Both the position numbers and the translations under genes were made by a program. From assembly GCA_965229495.1 (NCBI GenBank), contig OZ245880.1, positions 2,357,211 through 2,421,210 on the forward strand: a DNA stretch of 64,000 nucleotides, given 5' to 3'. Positions 54,101 through 63,100 of the stretch are shown here, in pieces. Each line of letters begins with the position of its first letter. The first letter of the stretch is position 1. The notes under the pieces were generated by a model. The model did not search any database and was not told the DNA's origin. It saw nothing but the letters and a program-made list of their open reading frames with translations. This DNA comes from Gammaproteobacteria bacterium (GTDB lineage: Bacteria; Pseudomonadota; Gammaproteobacteria; CBDBNL01; G965229495).

Positions 54101-57100
54101 CGCCGCGCCCAGCGCCAGCCTTAGCATCGCCGAAAACCATAGCAGCGTCGTCTACACCGCGCTCGCCGTTGACCCCGATGCCGACGACAGCATCAGCTAT
54201 GGCGTCGAAGGCACCGACTCCGCGCTCTTCACCATCGACGCCGACAGCGGCGAACTCAATTTCCGCAACCCGCCCGACTACGAAACCCCGCTCGACGACG
54301 GCGGCGACAACACCTATGACCTCACCATCACCGCCCAAGACCTGGTCGGCAACCAGGGCCAGCAAAGTCTCACCATCACCATAACCAACCTCAACGACAC
54401 CTCGCCGCAATTCAACCTCAGCTCCAGCACTTTCACCGTCCCCGAAAACACCACCGCCGTTACCACCATCAGCGCCAGCGACGCCGACGGCGACGACTTG
54501 ACTTTAGCCTTGGTCGATAGCGGCGATTACGGTCTCTTTAGCTTCGACCCTGCCAGCGGCGCTCTCGCCTTCCAACAAGCCCCCGACCACGAGACCCCCC
54601 AGGATAGCGACGGCGACAATGCCTACGAGCTCGAACTCAGCGCCTTCGATGGCGCTCTCAGCAGCAGCCAAAGCATCACCGTAAGCGTTGCCGATGTCAA
54701 CGAAGCCCCCAGCTTCGCCGAAGCCACGATGAGCGTGGCGGTCGATGAGAACAACGACTCAATAGTCTACACTGCCACCGCCAGCGACCCCGAGCAAGCC
54801 ACGCTCATTTACAGCGCCAGCGGCGCCGACGCCGACTTATTCACCATCGGCAGCAGCGGCGCGCTCGCCTTCAACACCCCACCCGACTACGAGCAAGCGC
54901 TCGATAGCGACACCGACAACACTTACCAACTCAGCATCGCCGCCAGCGACGGCGAGTACAGCACCAGCCAGGACCTGAGCATCGCCGTCGCCGACGTCAA
55001 CGAGCCACCCAGCTTCGCCGCAGCCAGCGTCAGCCTCACAACTGCAGAAAACAATTTAAGCTTCGCCTACACCGTCGCCGCTGCCACCGACCCTGATGCC
55101 GGCGAGCAACTCAGCTACCAACTCAGCGGCGACGACCAATCGGCGTTTAGCTTTGATGCCAGCACCCTCAGGCTCGTCTTCGCTGCCACCCCCGATTACG
55201 AAAACCCCGCCGACCAAAACAGCAACAATGCCTACCAAGTCGCCATCGTCGCCAGCGATAGCGAATACAGCGCCAGCCACAGCATCGCCATCGCCGTCGC
55301 CGACCTCAACGACGAAGCCCCGCAATTCACCAGCGCCACCTCCGAGGCTATCAACTATAGCGACGTCGTCCTCGGCGCCGCCGTCTACAGCGCGCAAGCC
55401 ACCGACGCCGACGCTGATGACCAAATCACCTACGCCCTCGGCGGCGCCGACCAGCAGCACTTCGCCCTCGACGCCGCCAGCGGCGCGCTCGCCTTCGCCC
55501 AATCGCCCAGCCTGGACGACCCCCAGGACGCCGACGGCGACAATAGCTACGAGCTCATCATCACTGCCAGCGATCAAGCCAACAACAGCAGCGAGCTCGA
55601 CCTCAGCATCATCGTCGTCGACGACATCGGCAGCGCGCCGCAATTCGCCTCGGATAGCATGAGCGTCGGCTTCGACGAAGAGACCGTCGGCAATGTCTAC
55701 AACGCGCTCGCCATCGACGCCGACGTCGGCGACAGCGTCGCCTACAGCCTCTCGGGTGTTGACGCCGAGCACTTCGGCATCGACGCCACCAGCGGCGCGC
55801 TCACCTTCAACAACCCACCCGACTTCGAGCAACCAACCGACGCCGACAGCAACAACGTCTACGAGCTCGTCATCACTGCCACCGATTCCCCAGTCGGCAA
55901 CCAAAGCCAGCAAAGTCTCAGGGTTACAGTCAATAACGTCAACGACAATCTGCCAGCCTTCGACCTCTCGGCAGATGCCTTCACCGTCCTGGAGAACGCC
56001 ACCGCCGTCACCACCGTCGCCGCCACCGACGTCGACGGCGACACCCTGACCTTCGCTCTAATAACCAGCACCGACGCCGCCGCCTTCACCCTCGACCCCG
56101 CCAGCGGCGTGCTCGTCTTCACCTCGGCCCCCGACTTCGAGAACCCGCTCGATAGCAACACCGACAATACCTACGAGCTCGAGCTCAGCGTCTTCGACGG
56201 CGCCCACAGCACCAGCCAAGCCATCACCGTCGCCGTCGCCAATATCGACGAAGCCCCGAGCTTCGCCGCTGCCACTCAAGACTTGTCGGTCAATGAAAAC
56301 ACCAGCGGCAGCATCTATACCGCCCAAGCCAGCGACCCCGAGGGCGCCGCGCTCGCCTACAGCGCCAGCGGCGCCGACGCTGGACTATTTACTATTAATA
56401 ATACCAACGGCGAGCTTAGCTTCAACAGCTCACCCAACTTTGAAACCCCGCTCGACAGCGACACCAACAACGTCTACCAACTCACCATCACCGCCAGCGA
56501 CGGCGCCAACCAAGCCAGCCAAAGCATCGCCGTAACAGTGATCGACGTCAACGAGCCGCCCGCCTTCGCCAGCGCCAGCGTCGAGACCAGCAGCGTCGAG
56601 AACAACGCCAACTTTGCCTATAGCGTCGCCGCTGCCAGCGACGAAGACATCGGCGAGCAGCTCACTTACCAACTCAGCGGCGATGATAGCGCCGACTTCG
56701 ACCTCGACGCCGCCACCCACGTCCTGCGCTTCGCTGCCAACCCCGACTATGAAAGGCCCGCCGACGCCGACGGCGATAACCTCTACCAATTCAGCGTCGT
56801 CGCCTCCGATGGCGAATATCAAGCCAGCCAGGAATTCAATATCAGCGTCGGCGATATTAACGACGAAGCCCCGCAATTCACCAGCCTGAGCTCGCAGACG
56901 GTCAACTACACCACCGCCCAAGTCGGCGCCGTCATCTACACCGCCAGCGCCACCGACGCTGATTTAGGCGACCAGCTAAGCTACGCCCTCAGCGGCGCCG
57001 ACGCCGTATTATTTACTATTAATAGTACCAGCGGCGAGCTCGCCTTCGCCCAATTACCCAGCCTCACTGAATTCCAAAGCGCCGGCGGCGACATCACTTA

Positions 57101-60100
57101 TCAGTTGGTCGTCGTCGCCACCGACCTCGGCGCCAACAGCAGCGAGCTCGACCTGAGCGTCAGCCTGCTCGACGACACTGGCAACATACCCGAATTCGCC
57201 GCCGCTAGCGCCAGCGTCGATTTCGACGAAAACGCCGTCGGCGTCGTCTACAGCGCGCAGGCCACCGACGCCGACGGCGACGTCCTCGCCTACAGCCTCA
57301 GCGGCGCCGACGCCGAACACTTCGCCATCGACGCCACCAGCGGCGCGCTCGAATTCATCTCATCACCCGACCACGAGCAGCCAGCCGACAGCAACGGCGA
57401 CAACGTCTACGACCTCGCCATCGTCGTAACCGATTCCCCGGTCGGCAACCAGGCGCAGCAAAGCCTCGCGGTTACCGTCAAAAACCTCAACGACAACGAG
57501 CCGCAATTCGAGCTCAGCACCAGCTCCTTCGATGTCGCCGAGAATAGCAGAAGCGTCGCCACCATCACCGCCAGCGATGCTGATAACGATAGCCTTACTT
57601 TCGCCCTGGTCGCCAGCGCCGACTCCGGCCTCTTCACTATCGGCTCCGCCAGCGGCGCGCTCGTCTTCAACTTAAGCCCCGACTTTGAGAACGCCCAGGA
57701 TAGCGACGGCGACAACGTCTACCAACTCGAGCTCAGCGTCTACGACAACGCCTACAGCACTAAAGCCAATATAAGCGTCGCAGTAACTAACGTCGACGAA
57801 GCCCCCGCCTTCACCGTTACCAGCCAGGATTTACCCATCAATGAAAACATCAGCGGCAGCTTCTACCAGGCCCAAGCCAGCGACCCCGAAGGCGCCACGC
57901 TAACTTACAGCGCCAGCGGCGCCGACGCCAGCCTGTTCACCTTAGATAGCGCCAGCGGCGACCTCGCCTTCAACAGCTCGCCCAACTTTGAGACCCCGCT
58001 CGATAGCGACGCCGACAACGTCTACAACCTCGACATCACAGCCACCGACGGCGCCAACCAGGCGAGCCAAGCCCTCGCCATAACTATCGCCGACGTCAAC
58101 GAAGCCCCGAGCTTTACCAACACCAGCGTCAACCTCGATACCACCGAAAACGATAGTAGCTTCACCCACATAGTCGACGCCGCCACCGACCCGGATCAAG
58201 ACGAGCAGCTCACCTACGCCCTCGGCGGCGACGACGCAGCCGCTTTCGACTTCGACGCCGCCACCCGCGCCCTCGCCTTCAAGGCAACCCCCGACTACGA
58301 ATCGCCCCAAGACCAAGACAGCAACAACGTCTACCAAATAAACATCGTAGCCTCTGATAGCGAATACGATGCCGCCCAAGCCATCACCATCGCAGTCGCC
58401 GACCTCAACGACGAAGCCCCGCAATTCACCAGCGCCAGCTCCTTGGCGCTCGACTACACCGGCGTCGTCGTTGGCGCCATCGTCTACACCGCGCAAGCCA
58501 CCGACGCCGATGCTGGCGATAGCGTTGTCTACACCCTCGGCGGCGCCGACTCCAGCGCCTTCGGCTTCGACTCCAGCAGCGGCGCGCTCGCCTTCGTCCA
58601 GGCGCCGAGCTTAGAGACTCCCCAGGACGCCGACGCCAATAACATCTACCAACTCAGCATCAGCGCCACCGACCTCGCCAACAACAGCAGCGACCTGGAT
58701 TTGAGCATTAGCGTCGTCGACGACACTGGCAGCGCGCCGACATTCGACCAAGCCAGCGTTAGCATCGATGTCGACGAAAACGTCGTTGGCGCCGTCTACA
58801 CCGCGCAAGCCACCGACGTCGACCCAGGCGACAGCCTCAGCTACAGCATCGACGGCGCCGACTCCACACTTTTCACCATCGACCCCAGCAGCGGCGAGCT
58901 CGCCTTCAACCAAGCCCCCGACTACGAGAACCCCAGCGACAACGGCCAAAACAACACCTACGACCTCAGCATCACTGCCACCGACGCCATCGGCAAGCAA
59001 GCAAGCCAAAGCCTCGCCATCGCAATCAACAACCTCAACGACAACCCTCCGCAATTCGCCCTCGCCAGCAGCGCCTTCGACGTCCTTGAGAACAGCACCG
59101 CCGTCGCCACCATCGCCGCCACCGACCCTGATGGCGACGATCTCACTTTCTCTCTAACAACCACCACCGACTCTAACCTCATCACCATCGACCCCACCAG
59201 CGGCGCCCTAAGCTTCAACCAAGCCCCAGACTTCGAGACCCCCCAAGACGCCAACGCCGACAACACCTACGAGCTCGAACTCAGCGTCGCCGACGGCAGC
59301 CACACCACCACCCAGCAAATTACCATCACAGTCGCCAACGTCGACGAAGCCCCTACCTTCACCAGCGCCAACGAAAGTGTATCGGTCAACGAAAACAACG
59401 CCGCGGCGATCTACCAGGCGCAAGCCACCGACCCCGAGGACGCCACGCTCGCCTACAGCGTCAGCGGCGCCGACGCTGGACTATTTACTATTAATAATAT
59501 CAGCGGCGACCTCGCTTTCAAAAACCCACCCAGCTTTGAAAGCCCGCTCGACCAGGACGCCAACAACGTCTATGAACTTAGCATCACTGCCACCGACGGC
59601 GCCAACCAAGCCAGCCAAGCTGTAGCCGTAACCGTCGACGACGTCAACGAAGCCCCCACCTTCGCCAGCGCCAGCGTCAACCTTGATACCGACGAAAACG
59701 CCGCCAGCTTCGCCCACATAGTCGATGCCGCCGACGACGAAGACTCGGGCGATCAGCTCACCTACCAACTCGGCGGCGACGACGCAGCCGCCTTCGACTT
59801 CGACGCCAACACCCGCAGCTTAACTTTCCAACAAAGCCCCGACTTTGAAAACCCCGCCGACGACGACGCTAACAACTATTACCGCGTCAGAATCACCGCC
59901 GCTGACGCCGAGTACAGCACCACCCAAGACATCACCATCACCGTCGCCGACCTTAACGACGAAGCTCCGCAATTCACCAGCGCCACCTCCTTGACGCTCG
60001 ACTACACCGCCATCGTCGTCGGCACCAACATTTACACCGCTGCAGCCACCGACGCCGACGCCAACGACCAGGTAAGCTTCACCCTCGGCGGCGCCGACGC

Positions 60101-63100
60101 CAGCCACTTCGTCTTCGACGGCAGCAGCGGCGCGCTCGCCTTCGTCCAAGCGCCGAGCCTGGAGACTCCCCAAGACGCCGACGGCGATAACAGCTACGAA
60201 CTCGTCATCACTGCCACCGACCTCGGCGGCAACAGCACCGACCTTGCCCTCAGCATTAGCGTCGTCGACGACACTGGCAGCGCGCCGACATTCGACCAAG
60301 CCAGCGTCAGCATCGATGTCGACGAAAACAGCCCTGGCACTATCTACACCGCGCAAGCCACCGACGCCGACCCGGGCGATACCTTGTCGTACAGCATCAG
60401 CGGCGTCGACGCCGATCTATTAATCATCGGAGACAACGGCGATATTACCTTCATATATCCCCCCGACTACGAGACCCCACGCGACAGCGGCGCCGACAAC
60501 ACCTACGAAATAACCATCACTGCCACCGACAGCATCGGCAAGCAAGCCGACCAAGATCTTAGGATCACAATCCTGAACCTCAACGACAACGACCCGCAAT
60601 TCGCCCTCGCCAGCAGCGCCTTCGACGTCGCCGAGAACACCACTGCCATAACCACCGTCGCCGCCACCGACGCTGACGGCGACAGCTTTAGCTTCGCCCT
60701 GCTAAGCACAGCCGATTCCAGCCTGTTCACCCTCGACCCCAGCAGCGGCGTCCTAAGCTTCAACCAAGCCCCCGACTTCGAGAACCCCGCCGATGACAAC
60801 AGCGACAACACCTACGAACTCGAACTCAGCGTCGACGACGGCGCCAACACCAGCAGCCAAGCCATCGCCGTAACAGTAACAGACGTCGACGAAGCCCCCA
60901 CCTTCACCAGCGCCAGCGAAAGTGTCTCGGTCAACGAAAACGCCAGCGGCGCCGTCTACCAGGCGCAAGCCACCGACCCCGAGGACGCCACGCTAACCTA
61001 CAGCGCCAGCGGCACCGACGCTGGACTATTTACTATTAATAATACCAGCGGCGAGCTATCCTTTAAGCAAAGCCCCAACTTCGAGCAACCAACCGACCAA
61101 GGCGCCAACAACACCTACGAACTCACTATCACCGCCGCCGACGCCACCAACCAGGCCAGCCAAAGCCTCACCCTCACCATCGCCGACGTCAACGAAGCTC
61201 CCACCTTCGCCAGCGCCAGCGTCGACCTCAACGCCGCCGAAAACGATAGCAGCTTTACCCACGTAGTCGACGCCGCCGACGACGAAGATCAAGGCGATCA
61301 GCTCACTTACCAACTCGGCGGCGACGACGCAGCCGCCTTCGACTTCGACACTGCCACCCGCAGCCTAAGCTTCAAGCAAGCCCCCGACTTTGAAACCCCC
61401 GAAGACCAAAACACCGACAACGCCTACCAAATCACCATCACCGCCTCCGACGGCGATCTCCAAGCCACCCAAGCCATCACCGTAACAGTAACAGACGTCG
61501 ACGAAGCCCCGAGCTTCACCAGCGCCAGCGAAAGTGTCTCGGTCAACGAAAACGCCAGCGGCGCCGTCTACCAAGCGCAAGCCACCGACCCCGAAGGCGC
61601 CACGCTAACCTACAGCGCTAGCGGCACCGACGCCAGCCTGTTCACCTTAGATAGCACCAGCGGCGAGCTATCCTTTAAGCAAAGCCCCAACTTCGAGCAA
61701 CCAACCGACCAAGGCGCCAACAACACCTACGAACTCACAATCACCGCCGCCGACGCCAGCAACCAGACCAGCCAAGCACTAACCATCACCATCGCCGACG
61801 TCAACGAAGCCCCCAGCTTCGCCAGCGCCAGCGTCGACCTCAACGCCGCCGAAAACGATAGCAGCTTCGCCCACACAGTCGACGCCGCCGACGACGAAGA
61901 CTCAGGGCAAACACTCGCCTACTCACTCAGCGGTAACGACGCCAGCGACTTTAACTTCGACACTGCCACCCGCAGCCTAAGCTTCAAGCAAGCCCCCGAC
62001 TTTGAAAACCCCATCGACACAGACGCTAACAACGAATACTTGGTCACCATCACCGCCTCCGACGGCGAGCTTCAAGACACCCAAGCCATCACTATCACAG
62101 TCACCAACGTCGAAGAGGATCCGTATTTCCACAGCACCGACGACTACGTCGACAGCATCGCCGAAGACCCAGCGACCGAAGGCACGGCGTCGCCAGTGCT
62201 GGTGCTCCACATCCAAGCCGCCGACGACGAAGACGACGCTGCTGTCAAAATTCTGTACTTCACCATCAGCGGCGGCGTCGACTCCGATAAATTCATCTTG
62301 AATGCAGTCGACAGGAATTCCGCCAACCTCTCCTTCGACATCTCACCCGATTTCGACAACCCGCACGATTCCAACCTCGATAACAACTACAGCCTGACCA
62401 TCCAAGTCGAAGACAGCGACGGCGACACCGCGCAGCACGACCTCATCGTCGCAGTGCAAGCCGTCAACGACGAAGCCCCGCAACTCACCAGCGCCAGCTC
62501 TGCCGACGTCAACGAAAACGACACCGCGGTCTTCTACGTAGCCACAGCCGAAGACGCCGACCGCAGCGATTGGTCGGACCCGGACTCCAGCAAGCACTAC
62601 CAGCTCAACCTTGATACCCTAACCTTCAGCCTCGACTCCAGCAACTACCCCGACTCCAGCTTCTTCGCCATCGACGCCAGCAGCGGCGAGCTCCAAGCCG
62701 CCAGCGGCCTCGACTACGAAAACCCCCAAAGCAGCGCGCAGAGCAACAACTACACCGTCGGCATCAAAGTCGCCGACCAGGCTGGCAACAGCAGCACCAG
62801 CGCCATAACCATCACCGTAATCGACGACCCCGACGAAAGCGAGGTCATAGAAATAGCCGAATCCGGCCCGCAAATACCCTGGTTCTATAGCGATGTCGCC
62901 GTCGGCGAGTCCATCGATATACCCTGGGTCATCTATTCTGGCGATGGCGCTATTGCTTGGACCCTTTACGTCAATGGCAATCCAGTCTGCAGCGAAAGCG
63001 CCAGCATCAGCGACCCAGCCACCAGCGGCGTCTGCAGCGTCTCCAGCAGCAACCTCACCTCTGGCAGCATTCTCAACAATACCGCCGTCTCGGTAACCTA

